Below, piece by piece: positions 18,557 to 28,476 of a stretch of DNA of 64,000 nucleotides. Positions within the stretch are counted from its first letter, which is position 1; each line of letters starts with the position of its first letter. The notes under the pieces are model-generated. The model ran no database searches. It was not told the origin of the DNA and saw nothing but the letters and a program-made list of their open reading frames with translations. Source of the DNA: Candidatus Woesearchaeota archaeon. GTDB lineage: Archaea; Nanobdellota; Nanobdellia; Woesearchaeales; GW2011-AR4. Made by a program: the position numbers and the translations under genes. Where the stretch lies: positions 30,131 to 94,130 of the forward strand of contig JACOUX010000006.1 in NCBI GenBank assembly GCA_016177615.1, written 5' to 3'.

Positions 18557-21500
18557 CTACCCAAACCATCTCCCTAACCCTTCCTGCTTTTCCTTGTCCC
18601 TTCCGAAGACTCCTTCCACTCTATCTTTAGTCAAAAGCAAAGTCTGCTTCAGGTAAGGGGGCAGGTTGTACTTGTCGGACAGGGAAATCGCAGGCTCGAG
18701 ATATTTTATTATTGCCCCCTCTGTAACTGTGAATATGAGCTTGCTTCCGCATTCCAGGCATTTCCCGGCCAAAGGGGGCCTCCTGTATTTTTCAGTGCAC
18801 TTGCTGCACCTGAACTGCTGTTGGGAGAATTTCCTTAAGTTTCCTCTTATGTCCCTCAGCAAATGCTTTTCAATGACCAGCCTTGCAACATCGGCTGCGT
18901 CAACCGCCCTTATCTTGTCTGCAAGGTCCATCTGCCCCTTTAGCTTGTCTTCCATTGAAGGGATTGTCTTGTATGAAGAGCACTTTACTCCCATGTTTAT
19001 GCTGCTGACGGGATGGGTGTAGTAAATTGCAGACGCCTCTTTTGAGCCTAGAATGTTTGCAATCCTTTGTATCTTGACATTGTGCGGCATCTCATAATTC
19101 AAAGCCGCTTCATAAAATTCCAAAGGGTATCTTTTGACAACATCCACATCGAATGCCATGTCATCAACTTCTGTCGGAACCAAAATGGATGTTAAAACTA
19201 ATGGCGCGTCCTGTGTCGCACCTCTTGTGTCTGGAAGAAACTGCTTTGAGAAATTTAGCAATACGTCCATTAGTAATGTTACTGAAGCTTCGTCGCCATC
19301 ACAATCGCGCCTAGTAGCAGCATGAAGCAGCGGATGGGCATAAAATGCCTGTGTTTTTGAAAACCCGATTATTCTTCCTATTATTCCAGCTGATGTGTGC
19401 GGAGCAAGCGCGACTACCAATTCTCCAATAAGGTCTTTTTCGGATTTAAGGTTGTAGAATTTGCCAAGCTTGTACAAAGACCCCAGCAGCTCATCTATAA
19501 ACAGGCTGACTTCGTAAAGAACCTTGTCTGCGCCTTTCTCAGGAGCATCCTCGCATTTGGGTAGTATTATATCCTGAGGCATCAACTCAATGATTTGTTC
19601 CTCATCCTCCAATTGGTTGGAGTTTATATCCTCAGTATACCCAAGCTGCCTGAGTTTCTCTATAGAGGTCCCTATCTCTCTTGGCTTGAAATGTGTTATC
19701 GGCAGTTGCGTCATATCATACCTTGTTGTGCCGTCTTTATTGACTGGTATGCCATATTTTGCCCTCAGTATACCTTTAGCCAAATGCTCGGGAATATGGT
19801 TTTTATTTGATGTCCCTCTAACCCCTTTTACCAGATCTGGATAATGGCTCATGCCTAAGTTAGCCAATATTCTGTTGAAGTAGTGGTTAATGTCAATTTT
19901 TTGCAGTTTATAGGTTGTTGTTTTTCCGTGAATGCATTTTTCATTTCTTATCGTGCCGCAAACCTTGCACAGGTGCATCTGTACGGACTTGGAATTGCAT
20001 TTCTCGCAGACAGGCATGATTGTTGGCTCCTTGCAGCTTTCGCAGAAATAAATCGGAAATTCTGCTGTTACGCCCCCAATTCCGAGGGCGCTTTGAAAAG
20101 ACCTTAGCTTGCCCCCTTCTTTGCCTACTGGAAAGAGCATATGAGGATCACCTTCCATTTTCCTGACTTTTCCTTTTTCGGGCCTGCCCATTCTTGCACC
20201 TATGAATGTGCCTGATTTGTCTCTTATCTTAATCTCAGATGACATATTTATAATTTCAATTGTGTTTTCGTTTATAACGCTTGCATATTTTTCATAAAAT
20301 TCTTCATTATCCAGGCTTAGAAGGGCATAGAATACCTCTGCTTCATTTTTCTCCAAAATAGTGAATTCATTATTCACATAGATATGCGGTGCACCTATAG
20401 ATTCCAGTACTTTCTTGGCTTTCTCGTTTTTTGGAAGAATTATTTTGCTTAGCTTGCTGTTTTCAAACTCCATCTTTGCATGCTTAAACCATGACAAAAT
20501 CTCAAGCAGCGATTCTCTTGAAATAATTTTCCAGTGGTAGGTATGAAATGGGTGGAGGGGGACACTTAAAATTCTGCTTAACGCTGCCGACTCGTATCCG
20601 TTGGGCTTTGAAATAAAATAATCCTGAATGAACGACTTTAGGTTTTCAACTGGAATTCCGCTCAGTTCAGATAATTTGCCAAAGTCATTGTTGAATAACT
20701 CCTTTATCGCCTGCTCTGCTTCAAGCGCCCACCATTCCTCACAATAGCCTGCAGGCACCAACTGATGCGCCCTGTTAAAAAAATCACCGTAATTTATCAA
20801 TATATCTCCCAAAAATATTATTTCGCTGATTTGGCTGGCTGACTGCTTTGCGATTTGTTCGCTGTGCACATATATAACACTCCCATCATTTAATTTGACT
20901 ATTGGACCCTCTAAGCAATCACATACTGTTATCGCTGTTGCTTTCCCGGGCCTTTCCACTTTCAGCTGGGTGCCTATCCCAAGGTATTTGTTTAGCACAT
21001 ACATAGTCGCAGGATGTATTGATGTAGCAGAATATCCTGACGTTCTGCATCTGCCGTACCTTAATCTGAACCCTCCAGTTGCAGAAGGGTGCCCCAAAAC
21101 CGGGCGTCCTGCAACCAGATCCTGAATGTATGTGTAAATCGGGGTTATTCCTTTCTTTGATGCCTTTTCTTTCGCTTTTATTTCCTTTTGCAGATGCACA
21201 AATTCCTGCAGAAAAGACCAGTGGCCAAGCTCAAACTCGTCTCCCCATTTTTTAAGCTGCGACCATACTTTGGGTGCCTTTTGCGCAATGCACTCCCCCA
21301 AAACAAGCGCGGGCCCGCTTCTTATCCTATTTGTAGCAATCCTATCTAGGTCTTTGTAGTTAGATACCTCAATTTCTTCTGAAGGGTCTCCATCTATTTG
21401 GACAGGGAGGTTGCTTACCAAAAAGGATATTTCTTTTTCGCTTGGCAGGTATTGAAGGTTTGTAACCCTTTCGTGATAATCATACAGTTCTGTTACCATC

Positions 21501-22060
21501 CTCCTGATTTCCTGCTCTGACGGGTCATAAGCTTCAAACCCCATTTTTTTCCTGATATAGTCCGCTATAACTGCGCTGACTGCCCCAGCTGTCCCGCCAG
21601 CGCTTCGTATTGGGCCGGAGTACATCAGCGAGAAATAATCTTTGCCGTCCCTGCGCTTGTTGATTTTTAGTTCCACAAACCCCTCAAGCGGCGATGCCAC
21701 AACACCCAATGTCAAATATGCGAGACCAATCCTTATGCCAGTCTCCATAGCAATCTTCTGTGAATCGAATTTGCAGAATCTTTCCTGAGACACTTCCAGC
21801 GAAATTGAAAGTGCAACCCTCCAGTCCGATTTTCCGTAAATGGCTTCCAATTCTTTGATTCTTTCCGGAATCCCACTATTCATGAGTTGGGGCACAACAA
21901 CACTTACAATACCTTCCACTCTTTCTGCCATATTTTTTGCGAGAGGTGCGCATACTATCGGTTCAGGATCATACCCTTTGGACCTTGCTTCAGAGGCTAT
22001 GGCGTAGCATTTCTCAATTTCTTCCGCCATCTTCTTGCTGGATTTTTCGTTGGTAATCAT
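18557..22060 (-). CDS. polC: DNA polymerase D large subunit DP2 (no intein)
   Basis: GPIRSAGGT, GGFRLRYGR, RMGRPEK, RRDCDGDE, C-terminal Zn finger. Confidence 0.97.
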   Translation of the reverse strand: MITNEKSSKKMAEEIEKCYAIASEARSKGYDPEPIVCAPLAKNMAERVEGIVSVVVPQLMNSGIPERIKELEAIYGKSDWRVALSISLEVSQERFCKFDSQKIAMETGIRIGLAYLTLGVVASPLEGFVELKINKRRDGKDYFSLMYSGPIRSAGGTAGAVSAVIADYIRKKMGFEAYDPSEQEIRRMVTELYDYHERVTNLQYLPSEKEISFLVSNLPVQIDGDPSEEIEVSNYKDLDRIATNRIRSGPALVLGECIAQKAPKVWSQLKKWGDEFELGHWSFLQEFVHLQKEIKAKEKASKKGITPIYTYIQDLVAGRPVLGHPSATGGFRLRYGRCRTSGYSATSIHPATMYVLNKYLGIGTQLKVERPGKATAITVCDCLEGPIVKLNDGSVIYVHSEQIAKQSASQISEIIFLGDILINYGDFFNRAHQLVPAGYCEEWWALEAEQAIKELFNNDFGKLSELSGIPVENLKSFIQDYFISKPNGYESAALSRILSVPLHPFHTYHWKIISRESLLEILSWFKHAKMEFENSKLSKIILPKNEKAKKVLESIGAPHIYVNNEFTILEKNEAEVFYALLSLDNEEFYEKYASVINENTIEIINMSSEIKIRDKSGTFIGARMGRPEKGKVRKMEGDPHMLFPVGKEGGKLRSFQSALGIGGVTAEFPIYFCESCKEPTIMPVCEKCNSKSVQMHLCKVCGTIRNEKCIHGKTTTYKLQKIDINHYFNRILANLGMSHYPDLVKGVRGTSNKNHIPEHLAKGILRAKYGIPVNKDGTTRYDMTQLPITHFKPREIGTSIEKLRQLGYTEDINSNQLEDEEQIIELMPQDIILPKCEDAPEKGADKVLYEVSLFIDELLGSLYKLGKFYNLKSEKDLIGELVVALAPHTSAGIIGRIIGFSKTQAFYAHPLLHAATRRDCDGDEASVTLLMDVLLNFSKQFLPDTRGATQDAPLVLTSILVPTEVDDMAFDVDVVKRYPLEFYEAALNYEMPHNVKIQRIANILGSKEASAIYYTHPVSSINMGVKCSSYKTIPSMEDKLKGQMDLADKIRAVDAADVARLVIEKHLLRDIRGNLRKFSQQQFRCSKCTEKYRRPPLAGKCLECGSKLIFTVTEGAIIKYLEPAISLSDKYNLPPYLKQTLLLTKDRVEGVFGRDKEKQEGLGRWFG

Positions 22061-22066
22061 TCTGGT

Positions 22067-23551
22067 TTATTGCCCAAACTTAAGGATTTTTATGTCTCTT
22101 GTGCCAAGGTTCACTATTGGAACTCTGCTCGGCTCTGGATTGTGGCCAACCTTTTCCTGAAAAGTAGTTTTTCCTTGCCAACAGCTGCCGCAGATTAGTG
22201 TAGTGTTCCTGTAATTGGAAGTTGATGATTTGTGTATATGGCCGCTGAGAAAAAAGTCAGGGACTTTCTCTATCACTAAATTGTCTTTTTTTGTGTCTGG
22301 GATGTATAAAGATGATAAGTGAGAAGGGGCCAAATGCCTTCTTTTTAGAAGGAACTTCATGATGAGGTCAGGCCTGTTATAACCACCTAGACTTCTCAAT
22401 GAGTCTACATTTGCCACAAAATAATCAAAAGAATAGCCATGATACATCAATACATCAAAGCCCGAAAAGTTACTTGTTGAGTTTATGTTTATCATTGAGG
22501 GGTTTGATACCATTATAACATTGCTCATTTCGTGCAGTGGCTTTGCAAAGTCTTTGGATAATTGTGGCTGCGGCTCTGCTATTCTCAGAGCATCATGGTT
22601 TCCAGGGCAGATAATCAATGGTATTTGGTGGGGGATCTGCCTTAAAAGACCTGCGCATTCTTCGTATTGCTCATAAATGTCTTTTGTAATGAGCTCTTTC
22701 TCTTGACCGGGGTACACCCCGCACCCATCAACTAAGTCTCCTGCAATAAAGATGTATTGGATTTTATTCGATATGCTTCTTTGCTGTTCGTTTCCCATCT
22801 TCCCGTTTATCCATTTCAAAAACCTTTCAAAATCTTCAGGCAAAAATTTTGAAGATCCAACGTGCAAGTCTGAGAGGAATATAGCATAAGATTCCTCCTC
22901 GTGCTTCTTGAGCTCCTTGCTCGCTGGTATGTCTGGCCACAGTATGTTATTGGCAAAAATAAAATTCTCTATGTTTACACCAACCACTCCTACAACCTCG
23001 TCCAGCACAATGTCTTTGGCCTCGTTGAAAAGCGCCGGCTTGTTTTTGTTTACTAGGACCTTTCTTTGACCTGTTGGGTCTTCCAAAAGCAAGAGGAGAT
23101 TTCCATTTTTTGTTGTTTGCTTGTAGCTGACCATTCCAATCACAGAAAGGGGCTCTTTTTCCCTTTTGTTTGGAATTTTCCCTATTGAAACCGTATTTTG
23201 CATCTCTTGCCTTTGCTTCAATATTTTTTCGATCGCTTTGTACCTGTTGTTGAAGTGGTCCACAAAATCCTGGATGTCCCTTTTCTTTGGCTCTTCTTTG
23301 TAAGAATAAACAATTTTTATTTCCCCTTGCTTTGGGGCTTCTGCCATTTCTGGCGATTTTGTGCATGTTAATTCTGTTAAACTGAAGTCCGCTACCGGAT
23401 CGTTAAGCTGTTTCGTCCTGATAACCTCAAAAATTCTGGATATCTTGTCATAGTCATTAATTCCCCTCAAAAAGTCAGGGCTTATGAGAATTCCTTTCTT
23501 TAAGCACGCTTCTATTACTTCCCGCTTTTTGTCTATAAGTTCCTGCTGCAT
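22067..23551 (-). CDS. polB: DNA polymerase D small subunit DP1 (proofreading exonuclease)
   Basis: SDLHVGS, AGDLVDG, PGNHDA, YHG, SGHIH calcineurin-like motifs; OB fold. Confidence 0.95.
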   Translation of the reverse strand: MQQELIDKKREVIEACLKKGILISPDFLRGINDYDKISRIFEVIRTKQLNDPVADFSLTELTCTKSPEMAEAPKQGEIKIVYSYKEEPKKRDIQDFVDHFNNRYKAIEKILKQRQEMQNTVSIGKIPNKREKEPLSVIGMVSYKQTTKNGNLLLLLEDPTGQRKVLVNKNKPALFNEAKDIVLDEVVGVVGVNIENFIFANNILWPDIPASKELKKHEEESYAIFLSDLHVGSSKFLPEDFERFLKWINGKMGNEQQRSISNKIQYIFIAGDLVDGCGVYPGQEKELITKDIYEQYEECAGLLRQIPHQIPLIICPGNHDALRIAEPQPQLSKDFAKPLHEMSNVIMVSNPSMININSTSNFSGFDVLMYHGYSFDYFVANVDSLRSLGGYNRPDLIMKFLLKRRHLAPSHLSSLYIPDTKKDNLVIEKVPDFFLSGHIHKSSTSNYRNTTLICGSCWQGKTTFQEKVGHNPEPSRVPIVNLGTRDIKILKFGQ

Positions 23552-23558
23552 GTCCCAA

Positions 23559-24764
23559 TTAAATATGAATGCTGTCTTCAAGAATGCTCTTGGTTTTTTG
23601 GAGTGTTGCTTCTGGGATTTCCAGGGATATCTCTCTTGTTCTGCCATACCTCCCTTTGGAAATCACTTTGGCATTTACTACCCCCATCATATCAAACTCG
23701 GATATAATATCTGAAACCCTTCTTTGTGTCAATGTGCTTATGTTTATCTTGCTGCACAGGGATTTGTAAACCCCATATACCTCCCCGGTGAACAGCGATT
23801 CCCTGCCGCGCTGCAAGGAGATTATGGAATAAAGCACAACCTGATATTGTTTTGGCTGAGTTGTTGCTATATCCATTATCCTGTCTCGATCTATCTTTTC
23901 CTCTGCTTCATCTATGTCTTCCAGAGTTATTGTTTTTGTGTTTTTCCTGTCTGCAACTTCCCCTGCAACCCTTAGAAGCTCCATGGCGCGCCTTGCATCC
24001 CCGTGGTCGCGAGCTGCGTAAGCCGCGCATTTCTCAATTACCCCCTGCCCCAAAACCCCTTTATTAAATGCGAATTCCGCTCTTTGCTTTAAAATGGATT
24101 GAATTTGGAGCGCGTTGTATGGAGGAAAAACAATTTCTTCTTCTGATAATGATGATCTGACCCTAGGATCGAGCCCATCAACAAACATTATGTCATTAGA
24201 TATCCCAATCAAAGAGATTTGTGATGTTGTGTCTTCTTCACTAATCCGTGTTAGGTTGTAAAGCGCATTGTCTCCCATCTTGTTAATGAGTTGGTCTATC
24301 TCATCGAGTATTATCACGTAGTTTTGATTTTGCTTATTTAATGCCTTAAAGAATGATCTGTAAACTTCTTCTGTAGGCAAACCTGTTGGGGGGATTTCCT
24401 TGCCGAGTTCCCTCGCAAGCTGCGCTATGAGCCTGTATTCTGTATCGGCGCTTCTCTTTAGCTTGCAATTGACATAAATTACCTTCAAAGGCAACTTCTC
24501 TTTTTCTGCTACGCTAGCCAGTTTTTGAGTGGTGTGTTTTACCGTAAGGGTTTTTCCTGTGCCTGTTTTGCCATAGACAAAGGTGTTTGAGGTTTTGTCC
24601 CCTTTTAAAGATGGTGCAAGGACATTGGCTACTTGTTTTATCTGGATTTCCCTATGTAAGACCGTTTCTGGAATATAGGATGCTTGAAGTGCCTTTTTAT
24701 CAGAAAAAACGCTCTTTTTCCTTAAAAAATCTTCAAAGAAGGTTTCTGTGTCCTTTTCTACCAT
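23559..24764 (-). CDS. cdc6: Orc1/Cdc6 replication initiator
   Basis: GKTGTGKT, ILDEID, HGDARRA, SKGRYGRT. Confidence 0.97.
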   Translation of the reverse strand: MVEKDTETFFEDFLRKKSVFSDKKALQASYIPETVLHREIQIKQVANVLAPSLKGDKTSNTFVYGKTGTGKTLTVKHTTQKLASVAEKEKLPLKVIYVNCKLKRSADTEYRLIAQLARELGKEIPPTGLPTEEVYRSFFKALNKQNQNYVIILDEIDQLINKMGDNALYNLTRISEEDTTSQISLIGISNDIMFVDGLDPRVRSSLSEEEIVFPPYNALQIQSILKQRAEFAFNKGVLGQGVIEKCAAYAARDHGDARRAMELLRVAGEVADRKNTKTITLEDIDEAEEKIDRDRIMDIATTQPKQYQVVLYSIISLQRGRESLFTGEVYGVYKSLCSKINISTLTQRRVSDIISEFDMMGVVNAKVISKGRYGRTREISLEIPEATLQKTKSILEDSIHI

Positions 24765-24768
24765 AAAT

Positions 24769-24963
24769 TTCCATACGAAATATAGGTATTTAAGCCTTTT
24801 CTTTGCTCAAGACTCCCCTTTATTTCGTATGGAAGTTGTTTATTGATTGTGTGTCTGTTTAATTAATATTTTTCTATATAGAAAAAATAATAAATAATAT
24901 AAAAAAATATAAAAAATAAAATATATAAAAAAATATAAAATATTTTCCAAAGGAAATGAAGGG
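24769..24963. other. Probable replication origin (oriC): three ORBs + AT-rich DUE
   Basis: TTCCATACGAAATA (24769-82); its inverse with G-string CCCCTTTATTTCGTATGGAA (24815-34); TTCCAAAGGAAATGAAGGG (24945-63). An extremely AT-rich tract lies between them, directly upstream of cdc6. Confidence 0.85.
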
Positions 24964-25187
24964 CATGGGAAAACGCAACGGCTTTGCCCGAAAACTCGCC
25001 AAAGACTCGGTTTTTACCATCGCTCAGCTTATTTTTCCCTTACTTGATTGCAATTTTCTCTCTGGAACTCCGAAAATTGCTGGTTTTTATTGTAAATCAG
25101 CTTCGCATTTTGATGGCAAAAACTACTTTTCGGGCAAAGCCAAAAGCAACAAAACCTATTTATATAGGCGCCCAGACACTAGCGAAC

Positions 25188-25829
25188 ATGTATGGCATAA
25201 TGCGCTGGCTCATGCCAAGGGATGAAAAATTCTTCGAGATGTTGTTAGAGCAGGCGGAAATTGCTTTGCAAGGCGCCAAAGAGCTTAAAGATTTTGTAGA
25301 GAACTACTCAAATCTTGACAGAAACTGGCGCAAGTCAAAGTCGCAGTTAATAAGGGAAATAGAGCATAAGGGAGACAAAACAACCCACAAGCTCATTGAA
25401 AAGCTCAACAAGAGCTTTATAACGCCCATCGACAAGGAAGATATACACCAGATGGCCGTGCTTCTTGATGATGTAATTGATTTAATCAATGCTGTTGTGT
25501 TAAGGTTTAGCCTCCTTGGCATAGAAAGAATAGATATTTGCATAACCGAGCTGGTGGAAATTATTTACAAGTCTGTAGCCGAGCTGAACAAAAGCATTTC
25601 TGACTTGAGAAAGATGAAAGACATGAAAGAGTATTACATAAAGATACACAGCCTTGAAAATGAGGCAGACGAAGTATATTACAAGGGCATCGATGAATTA
25701 TTTCATTTCTACAAGAACCCCATTGACATTATGAAATACAAGGAAATTTACGAGCTTCTTGAGTCGGTTACAGATAAATGTGAAGACATCACCAATGTCA
25801 TTGAAGGCATAGTGGTCAAACATGCTTGA
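25188..25829 (+). CDS. DUF47/PhoU-like phosphate transport regulator
   Basis: IEHKGD...FITPIDKEDI...LENEAD; located upstream of a Pit transporter; start after the TATA at about 25160. Confidence 0.88.
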   Translation: MYGIMRWLMPRDEKFFEMLLEQAEIALQGAKELKDFVENYSNLDRNWRKSKSQLIREIEHKGDKTTHKLIEKLNKSFITPIDKEDIHQMAVLLDDVIDLINAVVLRFSLLGIERIDICITELVEIIYKSVAELNKSISDLRKMKDMKEYYIKIHSLENEADEVYYKGIDELFHFYKNPIDIMKYKEIYELLESVTDKCEDITNVIEGIVVKHA

Positions 25830-26820
25830 AATCCCCATAGTGGTATTTATAGGGATTTTGCTCGCATTGGTATTTGATTTTGGCAATGGGCTAAATGATG
25901 CTGCAAACGCTGTTTCTACGATAATTGCTACGCGCGGCCTTAGCCTGCGCCAGGCTGTTCTTATGTCAGCGATAGGCAATTTCATCGGCGCTTTTATATT
26001 TGGTGTTGCTGTTGCAACAACCATTGGAAAAGGGCTGGTAATTCCGGAAATTGTTAATCCCTATATAATCATCACGGGCCTTGCCGGAGCTATTTTCTGG
26101 GTTTATTTTACAACCTATTTTGGCTTGCCCATATCTGCAAGCCACTCTTTGATAGGTGGTTATGTTGGAAGCGCCGTTGCTGCAGCAGGATTGAAAGCAG
26201 TTATTTTTTCCGGCATCACAAAAGTGTTGCTGTTTATATTTGCCGCCCCTTTGCTTGGAATGATTGTGGCATTTTTGTTCCAGCTGCTTATTTTTCACAT
26301 TTTTAAGAAATCAGATCCTTCGCAAGTCAATAAATATTTCAGGAAGCTCCAGATAGTGTCAGCATCTATTTATAGCATAGGCCACGGCACAAATGATGCA
26401 CAAAAGACGATGGGAATAATTGCAATACTCCTTTTCAGCGCAGGCATTCTTGGAAAAGAGTTTTATGTCCCTTTCTGGGTTGCTATTATGTCTTACGCAG
26501 CAATAGCCCTTGGCACCATTGCAGGCGGCTGGAAAGTGATTAAGACAATGGGGATGAGAATAACAAAGCTGCAGCCTGTTAATGGATTTTGCGCAGAAAC
26601 AGCAGGCTCCAGCGTAGTGATTGGCTCCACAATCCTAGGAATACCAGTAAGCACCACCCACGTTATAAGCGGCTCCATCATTGGAGTTGGTGTTCTAAAA
26701 AGAGTATCTGCAGTAAGGTGGGGTATTGCAAGAAACATTATGTGGGCATGGATACTTACAATGCCTGTGTCTGGGCTGGTAGGAGGATTAAGCTATTTTG
26801 CTGTAAAGCTCTTTATCTAA
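25822..26820 (+). CDS. PiT family inorganic phosphate transporter
   Basis: GLNDAANA, GLPISASH, HGTNDAQKTMG, PVSTTH. Confidence 0.93.
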   Translation: MLEIPIVVFIGILLALVFDFGNGLNDAANAVSTIIATRGLSLRQAVLMSAIGNFIGAFIFGVAVATTIGKGLVIPEIVNPYIIITGLAGAIFWVYFTTYFGLPISASHSLIGGYVGSAVAAAGLKAVIFSGITKVLLFIFAAPLLGMIVAFLFQLLIFHIFKKSDPSQVNKYFRKLQIVSASIYSIGHGTNDAQKTMGIIAILLFSAGILGKEFYVPFWVAIMSYAAIALGTIAGGWKVIKTMGMRITKLQPVNGFCAETAGSSVVIGSTILGIPVSTTHVISGSIIGVGVLKRVSAVRWGIARNIMWAWILTMPVSGLVGGLSYFAVKLFI

Positions 26821-26881
26821 TCACCATTCCTTAATGCTAACAAAAGTTTTAATAAAAACAGCTTCGCATATCTCTTGGTGA

Positions 26882-27523
26882 ATGTTAGTGGGGTTTTTTA
26901 AGTTCTTGAAAAGAGGAAAAGAGAAGGCAGAAGAAGGTGGCTTGGATTTGCCGCCTATGCCACCCATGGACGAAGGTTTAAGCATGGACGCGCACGGAAT
27001 AGATTTTGATAAAGATCTGCCAGATCTTCCTGAATTGCAGGGTTTGGACAAAGATTTTGATAATGCCTCTGGCGTGTCCGAATTTGACATTCCAAAAATT
27101 GATGAATGGCCACAAGCAGCAGCAGAACAACCAGCTTCAGAACTTGATAGGGAAGCCACAAACCAAACACTTCCAGTCCCACAAACCCCGGAGCAGAACA
27201 TTGAACCCCAAAACATACAAAAGGATATTTCTGGTTTAATCCATTTATCTGAAGAACCAAAAAGCCAGATTTCTGTGCACGGAAGAAACTTTCCAAGGGC
27301 ACACGCCGGGAAAACCGTTTATGTAAGGGTTGACGACTTTAAAGCCGCGCTTGGAACCATAAACATGGTTAAAACCGACTTAAGGAAATGGGAAGGTGCA
27401 TTGGCTAAATTGGAAAACGTAAAAGCTGCGAAAGACTCATCATTCGAAAAGATTAGAACATCCATAGGAGATTTGCAGAAAAAGCTCATTTTCATAGACA
27501 AAACTTTATTCAAGGGTGATTGA
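26882..27523 (+). CDS. Hypothetical: acidic/Pro-rich disordered N-terminus + C-terminal coiled coil
   Basis: ORF composition; VYVRVDDFK motif precedes heptads. Confidence 0.7.
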   Translation: MLVGFFKFLKRGKEKAEEGGLDLPPMPPMDEGLSMDAHGIDFDKDLPDLPELQGLDKDFDNASGVSEFDIPKIDEWPQAAAEQPASELDREATNQTLPVPQTPEQNIEPQNIQKDISGLIHLSEEPKSQISVHGRNFPRAHAGKTVYVRVDDFKAALGTINMVKTDLRKWEGALAKLENVKAAKDSSFEKIRTSIGDLQKKLIFIDKTLFKGD

Positions 27524-27526
27524 GAA

Positions 27527-27769
27527 ATGAAAGACCAAAGATCAGGTGCACCGGTTTTTGTAAAGGTAGATGAGTACAAAGAAATTCTGGACGTGCTGGA
27601 AATGGTAAAATCAAAAATAACAGAAATAAGGGAAACCCTCGGGAGCATAAATTCGCTGAGAAACGAGGAAGATGCGGAGCTGGCTATGTGGAACAACGCG
27701 ATCAGCGACATTGAAAAAAAAGTGGACCGCATTGACAAGCTGATGTTTGAGCCGGAGCACACATGGTGA
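27527..27769 (+). CDS. Small coiled-coil protein, paralogous to the C-terminus of the upstream ORF
   Basis: VFVKVDEYK...IDKLMFE versus VYVRVDDFK...IDKTLFK; GGTGA SD upstream. Confidence 0.75.
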   Translation: MKDQRSGAPVFVKVDEYKEILDVLEMVKSKITEIRETLGSINSLRNEEDAELAMWNNAISDIEKKVDRIDKLMFEPEHTW

Positions 27770-27773
27770 GAAA

Positions 27774-28166
27774 TTGAAAGAGCAAACAAACGACCTTTTC
27801 TTTGTTGAAATAAGGCAGCACAGCGAAATCAGGAAGGATATTCTTGAAGCCCTGAAGCAGATGCTGGAAGTGCTGCAGAGATTTGAAAAGTTTAGGCACA
27901 TCAGGCACTCAAAGTCAGAAAATATCCAGAAGCTTAAGGCAATGATTAAGGACGCGAATAAAGTGCTTGGAACTCTTAAGGGCAAGCTGCCGCAGACAAA
28001 TTTAAGGGTATCATCCGTAAGGGAGGACAAGCCAGCCCCAAAAAAAATTCACAAAAAAAACAAACCAGCTCCGCAGAAAAAAGAGCCAAAGCGGGAAATG
28101 ACAGAAATGGAAAGGCTCGAGGCAGAGCTAAATGCAATAGAAAGCAAGCTGAAAAGTTTGGACTAA
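27774..28166 (+). CDS. Coiled-coil hypothetical protein
   Basis: TTG start after a GGTGAG SD; LFFVEIRQ followed by heptads. Confidence 0.65.
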   Translation: MKEQTNDLFFVEIRQHSEIRKDILEALKQMLEVLQRFEKFRHIRHSKSENIQKLKAMIKDANKVLGTLKGKLPQTNLRVSSVREDKPAPKKIHKKNKPAPQKKEPKREMTEMERLEAELNAIESKLKSLD

Positions 28167-28229
28167 TTCTGTAAGTGCCTAATCAGTTTAAGAAAATTAA
28201 AAGTGGAGATTATTCCCCTATGATAATAA

Positions 28230-28374
28230 AGTGGACAGCTTTTCTGTTTTCCCGTGCGGAGCACAGTACACACAGAAACGGAGGCTTGCTTAACTTCCGT
28301 GAACCCGCTAAAATGCGGACGCACTTTACTTTCGGGATGGGAACGGGTGAACCAAGCCCCTATGGCCGTCCAAG
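28230..28374 (-). rRNA. rrf: 5S rRNA (stand-alone) interrupted by a 29-nt insertion
   Basis: Minus strand reads UGGACGGCCAUAGGGGCUUGGUUCACCCGUUCCCAUCCCGAA[29 nt]CACGGAAGUUAAGCAAGCC...GUACUG...GGGAAA...GCUGUCCA. Helix I is UGGACGGC/GCUGUCCA. A TTTAAA box lies about 25 nt upstream. Confidence 0.92.
28302..28330 (-). other. Putative BHB-type intron in 5S rRNA
   Basis: AGUAAAGUGCGUCCGCAUUUUAGCGGGUU; central helix CCCG/CGGG flanked by bulges AA^A and UU^C. Confidence 0.75.
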
Positions 28375-28476
28375 CTAAAAGGGAAGAAAACCCGGTTTAA
28401 AAATGTTGTGGAATTTTTTTGTTTTGCCTGAAAAGATTTTTAAAGCGAAGCTTATAATTTGCTCTTGGTGATTTAA

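Noticed and set aside
28175-28378. 67-aa ORF
   Set aside because: It is antisense to the 5S rRNA gene.
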